From positions 9,922-73,921 of the forward strand of contig CAITMK010000003.1 in the NCBI GenBank assembly GCA_903893485.1: a stretch of DNA of 64,000 nt, in the 5' to 3' direction. This DNA comes from Candidatus Magasanikiibacteriota bacterium (GTDB lineage: Bacteria > Patescibacteriota > Patescibacteriia > Magasanikbacterales > 2-02-FULL-50-9b). The position numbers and the translations under genes were made by a program. Every line of letters starts with the position of its first letter. Position 1 is the stretch's first letter. The notes below the pieces were generated by a model. The model was not told the DNA's origin. It saw nothing but the letters and a program-made list of their open reading frames with translations, and did not search any database. Below, piece by piece: positions 1 to 10,050 of the stretch.

Positions 1-3000
1 GCCACCATTATATAAATCCGTAAGCTGGCCATCTTCCGTTTTGCCCGTCATGTAGGCCGCAGGAAAAGAAAAGTTTGGTTTATCAACCTCAATGCGATAA
101 TTACCAGGGCGAGCAAAAAACTGATACCGACCATCGCGATCCGTAACATGCGATTGTACGACACGGCCCGATTCCGCATCAACGATGCGTACCAATGCCA
201 AATCAGCTGGCAACTTTGAAATCGCGTTATACGCCATGCCCCACCCTTTGCGACGTTTACGCGTAAGTAAAAATAACGGTTGTGTAAATAAAAACCGGAA
301 GTACAACGCAACCTGACTAAAATTTAATGCAGTTGATACACTCGCCGCCACAACCGCTGCTGCCGCTGGCACCACTACCGCCTGATTTGTAATTTGAACC
401 TGCGGCGTTGCAACCGCTTGCTGAACTGCCACCGCGGCTTTAGTAACCGATCGCGAGACTTGCGCCGAAACAGCCTTCACTGCCGTAACAGTTGCGGCAG
501 ATACTGGCGATGAGAATGTATCTGCAACGGCTGAAATTGCATTTGATATTGTTGTTTGTGTCGAGCTAGGAGTAGCGATGATAATCGGTGTTGAGCTCAC
601 CACATCTGTAGTGGAAGAGGTCGAAGAGGTGCCTCCGGTGGTGATAGTACCGCCACCAATTCCGACGGTTGGCGTGGTTGGATTTGTAACCACTGGTGGC
701 AAAATATCCTTTTTAACGGGTGGCGGAATGACCACGGCCTGAGTTAGTGTAATTGATCGTTGCGTTCCATCAAGAAAATCATTTGCCTGATTTAACATGC
801 GAAATTCCAATGAATAGACGCCATCTTGTGCTGGTAATGATAAATTTATATTCCAATTAGCATCTGACCCAACGGTTGTGGTGTAAGTTGTGATTCCATT
901 TTGAACAATAATAATTTTGGCGCCAATTTGCCCGGTGCCCGATGCCGCAACAGAGGTTTTTGTTACCGTAGCACCATCGCTTGGAGAATTCACAACCAGC
1001 GCAACACCCGGAGTCGCCGCAAGAACACTAAAAATATTTATATCTTGTTGTGTGTTTCCTACAATGTCGGACGCAATGGCCGTTGCCTTGTAAACACCAA
1101 CGGGCAACGCATCCGGAACTGCATACGACCAGGTTCCATCGGTTGCAACCGGCACTGCAACGTGTACAATTTCTTTACTATTCGTTTCAATTAATAATAA
1201 TAAATTTGTTTTAACATCAGCGGTACCGGTAAATACAACCGTCCCGCCAGTGACATGCGAATTATTTGTTGGCGCCTTAATGACCGGCGCAGAAGGCACT
1301 ACCGTATTTAAAGTTGTCTTTCCCACGGTAATCGCACTTTCAGTTGCCATTGCAGAGCGAACCTTGATATAAACCGTTTTTTCGCCGTCGCCTGATTGCA
1401 AAAACCATTTTTTTGTACTTGTTGCAGGTTCCCATACGCCGCCCGTAAAATCTGCAGAATTCGAAATCATCATTTGCGCCGCATTTGCGCCGTACGTTAT
1501 TGCTAACGAAACTGTTGTGGTTGAAACATATGTCGGCATTGAAATCGTTGGAGCATCCACCATTTCGATTGGTGTGCTCGACGATATCAGTGTAATCTCT
1601 TGATACGTTGGCGCAGAAAAAGTATTTGTTGGACTTTTCACTATGGCATAAATTCTTTTAACACCCAAGCTACCACTAAGCAGATAACTTATTGCTTGTT
1701 GATATGAACTTACAACCGCATTTGAAAAATCCGATGACAATGAAAAACCCATTTGTTCTGCGTTGGTCGCAACAAGCTTCAAAGTAACTGTTGTTGAGGT
1801 GGTGACGGTTGCACCATCATTAATGGTAAAGCTTTGAATTGCCGGGGTAACTGCATCAGGTCCTAAATAACTGCTAATCGATGGCGAACCACCATTTTCT
1901 GCAGATGTTGTTGCAAGCCCAAAATAAATTATTTCTTTATCAAATACTTGCGAAACGATTGTTGATGAAGCCAAGTAAATTCCAGTTGCCGCGGTAGAAA
2001 AATTAAATGCAGGTGGAGAAATTAAATTGTAATTAAAATAATTAGTTAAAGGTGTGAATCCTGTTACATCGGAAGTGACCGTGTCACTTCCTCCAGAATA
2101 AGAGGACACAGTTACCGGAACTCCCGAGACTGGCGCGCCGCCATTTCGTTCTCCTACATATACACCAACCCTAACAGATGAGGTAACCGCGCTCGCCATC
2201 GGTCCAAATAAGGTCGACGTCGGCATGATATTTGAAGCGACAAAATTATTCAGCAAGCCCGTCGCATTTGAACAGAATTGAACGCCAGTTGAAGTAGCAA
2301 CAGCATCAAATCTGGTAAGGGTATTATTTGCAGACGCACCATCGAGCGCAACACTACAACCCGCATTTGTCGATGTTGTATCTCTAATATCATTATTTGA
2401 TGAATTCAAAAAATATAAACCAGCACCATTAATAGTAAGGCCTGTTGTGTGCGAAATTGCAGGAGGATTATCAAATCCACCAACGATTGTAAGTCCTGCC
2501 CCACTCACCGCAGATGGATTATAAGTGAGTGTGCCTGCTGACGCAGTAAACGCACTTGGAACAAACGCATCTACCGCAATGCCGTGCCCAGCGCAATCTG
2601 GATCTGCGACTATCGCAGCTGCTGACGGATATAAATTATTTGGCGCCCAAACACTTAAATGAAAGCCACTGACTGAAAGCAATGCTAAATTCCAATCGTT
2701 TGTGCCGGAGCCAACTGTACTGGTGATGTCTGTGGCAGATGATGAAATTGGCTGGACATCGCAGCCGGTATTGCGGAAATAAAGAGCGCTATTTGGGGGC
2801 GATCCTATGGCACCAGAATCATTATAATCAGTACCCGCTTTTGAAAAGACAGTTTTGTTTATCAAATAAGCACTAGTCGCAGTTGATGTTGGTGCTGCAT
2901 TTGAATAGTTTGTCGTGACTCCTGAAATATATGAATTATTTACCGAATCGAGGGTGATTACATTGTGAGGAAAAATTGTATCACCTGTATTAATACTCGC

Positions 3001-4731
3001 AGAAACATTAATCAAATTAACATTAACAGCATGACCAATGTATAACGCATTCGTGCCGCCTGAAAGTGTAAAAAATAAATTTTGCAACGACAAATGGTCA
3101 ATACCATCGAAGCGCATCGGGCCAGCCTCATTTGGCGATCCAGTAACTGCAGATATCGAAGCAGATCCTGTGTATGGCCCAAAAATACCAAACATCGATG
3201 ACAGTTGCGTACTCGAGGTCATGCCTCCAAAGGTGTACATGCCAGAAGTTAAATCAATCGAATCACCATTACGAAGACCGGCGGTTGATGTTGCGATATA
3301 AAAAAGATCAAAAGCATCCACCGTGTTATAATCGATTGGATCACCATGACCAGCCCAACTGATATGAATATTTGCGCGGCGAACCCCGCTAAAGGCGCCA
3401 ATATCGTCGGTTCCGTTTACATCCAAGTAATCGCTCCATGGCGCAGGTTCCCAATCATCTGACGTTGAAATATCTTCTAATCGCATGAATGGATTTGATG
3501 TTTTATCCGTTCCATTTGGCGTAAACCCGCCAACTAAATCGCGGTATGGAATATTGAATCCATAAAACCCGTTGTAACCCTGCGTAATCGTAAGTGTTTG
3601 CGGCTGATTAAGTTGAAATGTTAATCCAGCGGTACCCGTTAAACTGCTCGACGCCATCTGCGCGGTAGGAATGAGCGGCTGCCCCTTAACTGAGGCGTAA
3701 TTATAAAATAAATTTTTTGAAATGGTGTATGATGCTGCGCCCGCGGCACCCATAATTTCTGGAGTGGCAACCGTAATAGCGGTTTCATTCCCCGTTGAAG
3801 AAGTCATGAACGTGTTATTTTCGATATCCATTGGAGCGCCCTGCTCGCTTCGAAACACAATAAAACCGTTCGTTAATGCAAATGGAGCTGAAAATACATT
3901 CCCCTTAAAAGTGATCGTAGCATTCCCAAAAATAGGATTATTTACTTGGTCCAATACGGTTCCTGTATAAAAGGTTTTATTGTTTGTAAACACAAAGGTT
4001 GCTGAATTATATCCCGTTGCCCCGTTACCATCAGTCGATCGATAATCAGTTAAATTGAAAGTATTATTATCAATGGTGAACGTACCAAGCGGTCCAGTGC
4101 CCTCAAAATTAATAAACGTTTTAAAAGAACCTGCGGGCGCACTAAAAGTATTATTGCTAATCGTTGCGTTTGTTGAAGTAGAAGCGTAAATCTGAAAATA
4201 ACCAGTGCTGCCGGTCACCAATGGCGATGTGAATGAATCTAAATTTATTGCTGATTGCGAAGCTGGGTCAAAAGTGATGTTGCTTACCGTAAAACCCGCG
4301 TTTGAACCCGCGGCAGTATTTCGATAAATTTGAAGTCTGCGCGCGTTACAATTTTGAACGCCACCCGCACCTGTTGTATTTAAATAAATTGTTGTGGATG
4401 CCGCGGTTGTGCCCAAATAAGCACCGCTACTTTCACAATCGATAACCACATCAGGCTGTGTCGCGGTAATTGTTGTTCCCGCTTCGGCCGTTGGATCGTA
4501 AGTTCCCTGCACGCGAATGGTGCCACCAACCCCAACAAAACTTGCGTCGCCTTCTGCCGCTGCAATCGTGGTGTAATCGCAACCACTTGAACACACCGTT
4601 ACCGACGCTGTTGCGTGCACCTTAAAAACTACAAAAAGTGCCCCGATAATCGCGACATATGAAAGAAAAATCGTGTACCAAACTTTTTCTTTTGGGCTTT
4701 CGACTTTACCTTTAAAAAAACCAAGATGCAT
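1..4731 (-). CDS. Giant surface protein, paralog 1 (3' end beyond window edge): N-terminal TM/signal, beta-helix-like repeats, Ig-like domains, PT-rich linker, membrane anchor
   Basis: Absent from the ORF track because there is no stop in the window. Manual translation from ATG 4731 gives MHLGFFKGKVESPKEKVWYTIFLSYVAIIGALFVVFKVHAT; bases 1-60 give AAYMTGKTEDGQLTDLYNGG in the same frame. Both match the two neighbouring paralogs. Confidence 0.9.
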   Translation of the reverse strand, partial: MHLGFFKGKVESPKEKVWYTIFLSYVAIIGALFVVFKVHATASVTVCSSGCDYTTIAAAEGDASFVGVGGTIRVQGTYDPTAEAGTTITATQPDVVIDCESSGAYLGTTAASTTIYLNTTGAGGVQNCNARRLQIYRNTAAGSNAGFTVSNITFDPASQSAINLDSFTSPLVTGSTGYFQIYASTSTNATISNNTFSAPAGSFKTFINFEGTGPLGTFTIDNNTFNLTDYRSTDGNGATGYNSATFVFTNNKTFYTGTVLDQVNNPIFGNATITFKGNVFSAPFALTNGFIVFRSEQGAPMDIENNTFMTSSTGNETAITVATPEIMGAAGAASYTISKNLFYNYASVKGQPLIPTAQMASSSLTGTAGLTFQLNQPQTLTITQGYNGFYGFNIPYRDLVGGFTPNGTDKTSNPFMRLEDISTSDDWEPAPWSDYLDVNGTDDIGAFSGVRRANIHISWAGHGDPIDYNTVDAFDLFYIATSTAGLRNGDSIDLTSGMYTFGGMTSSTQLSSMFGIFGPYTGSASISAVTGSPNEAGPMRFDGIDHLSLQNLFFTLSGGTNALYIGHAVNVNLINVSASINTGDTIFPHNVITLDSVNNSYISGVTTNYSNAAPTSTATSAYLINKTVFSKAGTDYNDSGAIGSPPNSALYFRNTGCDVQPISSSATDITSTVGSGTNDWNLALLSVSGFHLSVWAPNNLYPSAAAIVADPDCAGHGIAVDAFVPSAFTASAGTLTYNPSAVSGAGLTIVGGFDNPPAISHTTGLTINGAGLYFLNSSNNDIRDTTSTNAGCSVALDGASANNTLTRFDAVATSTGVQFCSNATGLLNNFVASNIMPTSTLFGPMASAVTSSVRVGVYVGERNGGAPVSGVPVTVSSYSGGSDTVTSDVTGFTPLTNYFNYNLISPPAFNFSTAATGIYLASSTIVSQVFDKEIIYFGLATTSAENGGSPSISSYLGPDAVTPAIQSFTINDGATVTTSTTVTLKLVATNAEQMGFSLSSDFSNAVVSSYQQAISYLLSGSLGVKRIYAIVKSPTNTFSAPTYQEITLISSSTPIEMVDAPTISMPTYVSTTTVSLAITYGANAAQMMISNSADFTGGVWEPATSTKKWFLQSGDGEKTVYIKVRSAMATESAITVGKTTLNTVVPSAPVIKAPTNNSHVTGGTVVFTGTADVKTNLLLLIETNSKEIVHVAVPVATDGTWSYAVPDALPVGVYKATAIASDIVGNTQQDINIFSVLAATPGVALVVNSPSDGATVTKTSVAASGTGQIGAKIIIVQNGITTYTTTVGSDANWNINLSLPAQDGVYSLEFRMLNQANDFLDGTQRSITLTQAVVIPPPVKKDILPPVVTNPTTPTVGIGGGTITTGGTSSTSSTTDVVSSTPIIIATPSSTQTTISNAISAVADTFSSPVSAATVTAVKAVSAQVSRSVTKAAVAVQQAVATPQVQITNQAVVVPAAAAVVAASVSTALNFSQVALYFRFLFTQPLFLLTRKRRKGWGMAYNAISKLPADLALVRIVDAESGRVVQSHVTDRDGRYQFFARPGNYRIEVDKPNFSFPAAYMTGKTEDGQLTDLYNGG

Positions 4732-4787
4732 ACATTTTGCGTATGTATTATAACATTAATAAAGGTTTTATGAACCTGTTGACAACT

Positions 4788-7700
4788 CTAGGCACCTTGC
4801 ATTTGCAATGTCACATCTTTTGCAAGTGATGCGCCACCTTCTGGAGCATTTATCGTTATCGGTTCGGTTGTTACTGTTTGATAACCCGGCTTTTCTGCCA
4901 TAACATAATACTGATTTGAACCAACAAGAAATGAATAACGCCCGTCATTGCCTGTAATTTGGGTTTCCAAAAGTTTGTTATATTGTGTATCGAACACGCG
5001 AACAATTGCATTTGCAACTGCCGCACCAGAAGCGTCTTTTATAACACCCCAATCTTTTGGTTTTTTTGTTATTGCCAGGCGGCGAAACACAAAATAACTT
5101 ACAACCTGCGCAGCCAAAAACGCCCCCACAAAAATGGTTGGCGAAACTGCAAATGAGACGGCGGTAAGTACAACGCCGCCTGCGCCTAATATATTTACCA
5201 ACCGGCTCTTATTTTTTGCGTGTAAAATTTCACTCACATCCTTATGTTCCCCGCCAGGATCGAGTGGTAAATTATATGAGATCTGTGCGGCAGCGGTAAG
5301 CGGTACGGTACCACCAGTATACAAATCAGCAAGTTGCCCATCTTCTGTTTTTCCAGCCATGTATGCAGCAGGAAAAGAGAAATTTGGTTTATCAACCTCA
5401 ATACGATAATTCCCCGGGCGTGCAAAAAACTGATACCGACCATCTCGATCTGTTACGTGTGATTGCACCACGCGACCTGAATCTGCATTTATAATGCGCA
5501 CCAACGCTAAGTCTGCAGGCAATTTTGAAATTGCATTATAAGCCATACCCCACCCTTTGCGACGTTTACGCGTGAGCAAAAATAATGGTTGGGTAAACAA
5601 AAAGCGGAAATACAAAGCGATCTGCCCAAGGTTAAGTGAAGTTGAAACACCCGCCGCAACAACTGCTGCGGCTGCTGGGACCACAACCGCCTGGTTGGCA
5701 ATTTGAACCTCTGGAGCCTGAGCAATTCGTTGTGCCGCAGCAGCTGTTTTGGTAACACGAGCTGAAACTTTTTTCACAGCATCTACAGCAGCTTGAATCG
5801 GCTCTGCCGCAGCTATAAACTGCGCAGCTGTGGTGGTAACTACTGCCGGCTCCGTGCTTGTAGTTACAACAACTTGCTCCGCGCTTGTCACAATTTGGCT
5901 TGTTGATGTTGGCGTTTCAATTACTAATGTCGCACCTCCTGGAGCGGGCGCTGGAGCAGCAGTACCGCCTGGCGCGGTGACTGTGGTGGTATCAATTACT
6001 TTTTTATCTGGCGGAGGTGGAACAACTGGCAAATCCACCACAACGCTTCTTTGTACACTATCGAGAAGATTATTACCTGCGTCCACCATTCGATATTCAA
6101 ATGCGTACGTATCACTCACCGCTGCTAAAGAAATTGGGATGCTCCATTTACCATTTGTCCCAATCACACTGGTGAATGTTGCAGTGCCCTGCACCACTAC
6201 AATGTGTGCGCCCGCTTTACCAGAGCCATTTGCGACAAATATATTTTTAGAAATGGTTGTACCATCCGAAGGAAACGAAACCATGAGCGGAATCGCGGGC
6301 TCTGAAGCAAGAATTGTAAAATTACTGAAATCTTCACTCTGATTTCCTGCAATATCGGTTGATCGCGCCAAAATCTGATACGAACCAACAGGTAGCGCAT
6401 CTGGCACCGCATAACTCCACGCTCCCTGAGCACTGATTGGGAATGTAACATGCACAACCTCTTTTTGATTTGATGAAAGAGTTAATACAAACGGTTCGTG
6501 TGGATCCGCAGAACCAGAAATAGTAATCGCGCCATTGGTTAATTTTTCATTATTTTTTGGAGTAGTGATTACTGGAGTCGCCGGCGCAGTTGCGTCTAAA
6601 ATTAATGTTGCCACCACCGTTGAACTTTCTGTTCCCGTTCCAGAACGGACCTTAATATAAATTGTTTTTTGTCCATCAGGTGCTGGCAATTTCCAAACCT
6701 TATTTGGCGCTAAAGGCTCCCACTCGCTCCCCACAAAATTTGCAGAATTACTAAGCATCATTTGAGATGCCGTATCATCATAGCCAATTGTTAACAAAAC
6801 CTCTGTTGATGTTGCATATGCCGGCGCACTAATTGTTGGTGCAGTTACTGGCCGCTGCGGCGTGCTTTCTGCAACCAGTGTTATATTTTGCACTGATACC
6901 GCACTCTCGCCGCCATCACTGCCGCGGACTTTTGCATAAATGTGTTTCAGGCCAAGCGCTGAATCCAGCAAAAATGATGAGGTTTGTGAATATGCTTGCC
7001 ATACAGTATTTGCAAATGAATCGTTCAAAGAAAATACCATTTGCGTCGCAGTGTTTGCCACAATACCGAGTGTTACGGTGGTAGATGCTGTTGTAGTAGC
7101 GCCGCTATTAATTCCAAAGCTACTAATGATTGGAGTAACTGTTTGTGGCGGCCCGCTACCATTACAATTAGTACATGGCGGCGGTGGCGTAACCGGCGGA
7201 GTGGTGGAGGTCATGTATACAGTAAACGTTTGGTTTTGTGAAACCAATTCACTGCGTGTAGATGTTGCATATAAACCACCTATTGCCGCAACTGAAATTG
7301 TGTATTGCCCCGCAGCAAAGAGCCCGGAGTATGGCGTATATCCACTTCCATCCGTTGTCATTAGGGTTGAAGACGTTGCGCCGATATCTGCAATTGTTAC
7401 TGTAGCACCAGCAATTGGGGTGCTGTAAGTATCTAAAATTCGTGCGCGCGTGTTATACATGAGCGCAGGAGAAGTGGCCACAGAAGAATACGATGCCGGC
7501 ACACTGCTGAGCGTTGGAATAAAAAATTCATTATAGTTGCCCGGGTTTGCATTTGAACAAATATCGTATTCTAAACTTGCGCTTGCAACGTAATTATAAA
7601 ATAAATTTGCATTTCCACTATTTGATCCAGATGATCCCGCAAATCCAACACCGCAAGTGTTCCCTGTTGAAGTTATATTAGTAAAGGTATTTCCACCTGA

Positions 7701-9992
7701 ATCATTCATTCCTATACCAGCACCATTTACAACTTTTGTTCTGGTAAGTGCGGCTGGACTATCAAAACCTGAAATAATTGTTGCCCCAGCAGACGCAATG
7801 GCGGCACTGTTATATGTAAAATCTTGGCCAGAGAAAGTGAAGGCGTTGGAGATAAATTTATCAACTACAACACCAGCATCGCTGCACAACGCTTCAACAG
7901 TGCCTGCATCTGACGCAACATGATTAGGCATCCACATTGTTAATCGCGCATTGCCCTGCGTTGGCACTCTAATAAGTGCCAAATGCCAACTTTCTGGCAA
8001 TACCAAATGTCCGTCATTAAGGATTGCTTCTGTTACGCTCGTCGCAGTCTCAAACGCTTTAGCATCGCAACCAGAATTATTACCCCCTCCTAACGCGAGC
8101 GTTGTCGAGGTATGCCATCCAATAGATGCACCATCAGAATAATTATGACCACCATATTGGTAAGCGGTATTAGACAGCATATACGACGGAAGAGTGCTCG
8201 AGGTAAAGCCAGCTGTGGCAATGTCGGTAAATGTCGAATTCGTTACAGCATTTAAACCAAGGCCGTCCGGTGCAGATCCTGTTGTTTTTACGACTTGAAT
8301 ATCAGAGAACGCGGCATTCTGCGCATTATTAATTGTCACAGTTGGCCCCCATAATCCACCGCATGTACGATCATCAAACTTAATATGTGAAATACTAAGT
8401 GAATCAATTCCATTGAACTGGGTATCGTGCGACAAATCTAAACACGAAATATTTGTTTCGGGGCCGCCGCCAATTCCAGAGCCAGAACCAACAATGGTAA
8501 GCCCTGATGCCATACCAGTGCTAGACGAAAAAATGCCAGCTGTGTATTGACCAGCCGCAATGTGCACGGTATCACCATTTGCTAAACCACCATTTGTTGC
8601 CAAAATACTGTCGGTATTTGTCGCGTCAACTGTGTTGTAGTCAACAGTTCCTGCGGCATCGATATACACGTTAGATCGACGCACTCCGCTGTACGCACCA
8701 ATATCCTCTGTCCCATCTACATCAAAATAATCGCTCCATGGGGCAGGCTCCATATCATCGGAAGTAGACACATTTTCCAAACGTAGATGTGGGTTATCCA
8801 AACGGTCGTACGAATCCAAAGTTACATAAGCCGGGGCATAATAACCCATCGGCTCTCCAAATCCATACATCCCATTTGCGTGATTAGTAATGATATAACT
8901 TCCACCACTCTCATTTCTAAAATTAAGAGCCTGAACACCGCCGTCACCGACAGATGCAACCTGTTTATTATAAAATAAATTATATTCTATATCTGCAGAT
9001 AAGCTACCGCCATATGCAGTAGAAAACCCAACCATACTACCCATTGCAACAGTGCTCACAACCGTATTGTGCTTGAATTCAACATGATCATGTTCACCTC
9101 CTAATCCACCAAAAAAAGCTATATATGACAATCCCGTTGTCTGTGTGTATCCGAAATTAAAATAATTTCCATCAACTATAAAATCACCGCCACCAAAAGC
9201 GAGCTCATCAAACCCTACAGGGGCCGTCCCGACAAATTCAACCGTATTTGAAGAAAAATTTAAACTACCCCCACTAAAGTTCCACCAAATATTATTAAAT
9301 CCGTCAATTGTGAAGTGATTATTCGTGATAGTTCCCTGTGGCATGGCTCCACGAGTGACAAGAACGACCGAATTAAAATTCATTTCACCAGTCATGGTAT
9401 TTCCGTCGATAATAGGTGCGACTGACCAAGCAATATCAATAGTAAAATGCCCTGTATTATTCTGAATCAAAGGTCCGCTAAAATATTGCAGGGTGAGCAA
9501 AGACCACGAAGATGGGTCAAACGTATTTCCAGAAATTGTGGCCCCAGTGGTTATGTCTCCATCCAGTACAACATGAGCATTCACCAATGTATTTCGAACA
9601 TTACAATTATTTAGCGAATCGCCAGAAATCATGCTTATCGTTGTTGTTGCTGTTGGATCCAACACACCAATGTACGCTCCACTATTTTGACAATCAATTG
9701 CAGTGTTTGTGTATGATGGCGCTATTACTGCCGATGGGTACGATGGTTCCCCTGTTGGATCGTAGGTTGCTTGTACAGAAACTGTACCTCCACCAGATAG
9801 GGTGGCGTCTGTTACTGCGGTGGTGATGTTGGTGTAGTCACAACCACTAGCACACACGGTAATAGTTGGAGTTGCGTGAACACGGAAAACTACAAATAGC
9901 GCCCCGATAATCGCGACGTATAATATAAAAGTGGCAAACCAGATTTTTTCTCCCTGGCCTTCCCCATGACGTTGTAATAAACCAAAATGCAT
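4788..9992 (-). CDS. Giant surface protein, paralog 2 (1734 aa): beta-helix-like modules, carboxypeptidase-regulatory-like and Ig-like domains, C-terminal TM segments
   Basis: Long ORF with an N-terminal hydrophobic segment, TVCASGCDYT beta-helix start, xTxNNxF repeats, DIGAY motif, DxAGN Ig-like motif, TDxxGRYxF domains and TM helices. Confidence 0.9.
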   Translation of the reverse strand: MHFGLLQRHGEGQGEKIWFATFILYVAIIGALFVVFRVHATPTITVCASGCDYTNITTAVTDATLSGGGTVSVQATYDPTGEPSYPSAVIAPSYTNTAIDCQNSGAYIGVLDPTATTTISMISGDSLNNCNVRNTLVNAHVVLDGDITTGATISGNTFDPSSWSLLTLQYFSGPLIQNNTGHFTIDIAWSVAPIIDGNTMTGEMNFNSVVLVTRGAMPQGTITNNHFTIDGFNNIWWNFSGGSLNFSSNTVEFVGTAPVGFDELAFGGGDFIVDGNYFNFGYTQTTGLSYIAFFGGLGGEHDHVEFKHNTVVSTVAMGSMVGFSTAYGGSLSADIEYNLFYNKQVASVGDGGVQALNFRNESGGSYIITNHANGMYGFGEPMGYYAPAYVTLDSYDRLDNPHLRLENVSTSDDMEPAPWSDYFDVDGTEDIGAYSGVRRSNVYIDAAGTVDYNTVDATNTDSILATNGGLANGDTVHIAAGQYTAGIFSSSTGMASGLTIVGSGSGIGGGPETNISCLDLSHDTQFNGIDSLSISHIKFDDRTCGGLWGPTVTINNAQNAAFSDIQVVKTTGSAPDGLGLNAVTNSTFTDIATAGFTSSTLPSYMLSNTAYQYGGHNYSDGASIGWHTSTTLALGGGNNSGCDAKAFETATSVTEAILNDGHLVLPESWHLALIRVPTQGNARLTMWMPNHVASDAGTVEALCSDAGVVVDKFISNAFTFSGQDFTYNSAAIASAGATIISGFDSPAALTRTKVVNGAGIGMNDSGGNTFTNITSTGNTCGVGFAGSSGSNSGNANLFYNYVASASLEYDICSNANPGNYNEFFIPTLSSVPASYSSVATSPALMYNTRARILDTYSTPIAGATVTIADIGATSSTLMTTDGSGYTPYSGLFAAGQYTISVAAIGGLYATSTRSELVSQNQTFTVYMTSTTPPVTPPPPCTNCNGSGPPQTVTPIISSFGINSGATTTASTTVTLGIVANTATQMVFSLNDSFANTVWQAYSQTSSFLLDSALGLKHIYAKVRGSDGGESAVSVQNITLVAESTPQRPVTAPTISAPAYATSTEVLLTIGYDDTASQMMLSNSANFVGSEWEPLAPNKVWKLPAPDGQKTIYIKVRSGTGTESSTVVATLILDATAPATPVITTPKNNEKLTNGAITISGSADPHEPFVLTLSSNQKEVVHVTFPISAQGAWSYAVPDALPVGSYQILARSTDIAGNQSEDFSNFTILASEPAIPLMVSFPSDGTTISKNIFVANGSGKAGAHIVVVQGTATFTSVIGTNGKWSIPISLAAVSDTYAFEYRMVDAGNNLLDSVQRSVVVDLPVVPPPPDKKVIDTTTVTAPGGTAAPAPAPGGATLVIETPTSTSQIVTSAEQVVVTTSTEPAVVTTTAAQFIAAAEPIQAAVDAVKKVSARVTKTAAAAQRIAQAPEVQIANQAVVVPAAAAVVAAGVSTSLNLGQIALYFRFLFTQPLFLLTRKRRKGWGMAYNAISKLPADLALVRIINADSGRVVQSHVTDRDGRYQFFARPGNYRIEVDKPNFSFPAAYMAGKTEDGQLADLYTGGTVPLTAAAQISYNLPLDPGGEHKDVSEILHAKNKSRLVNILGAGGVVLTAVSFAVSPTIFVGAFLAAQVVSYFVFRRLAITKKPKDWGVIKDASGAAVANAIVRVFDTQYNKLLETQITGNDGRYSFLVGSNQYYVMAEKPGYQTVTTEPITINAPEGGASLAKDVTLQMQGA

Positions 9993-10050
9993 ACGTGGGT
10001 GGCGTATGCATTATAGCACTTAAAAAGATTTTTCGGATCTGTTAGTAATT

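Noticed and set aside
48-4586. Small ORFs in the first 4.7 kb suggesting a non-coding or pseudogene region
   Set aside because: The region is explained by one long minus-strand gene that the ORF track missed because its stop lies outside the window
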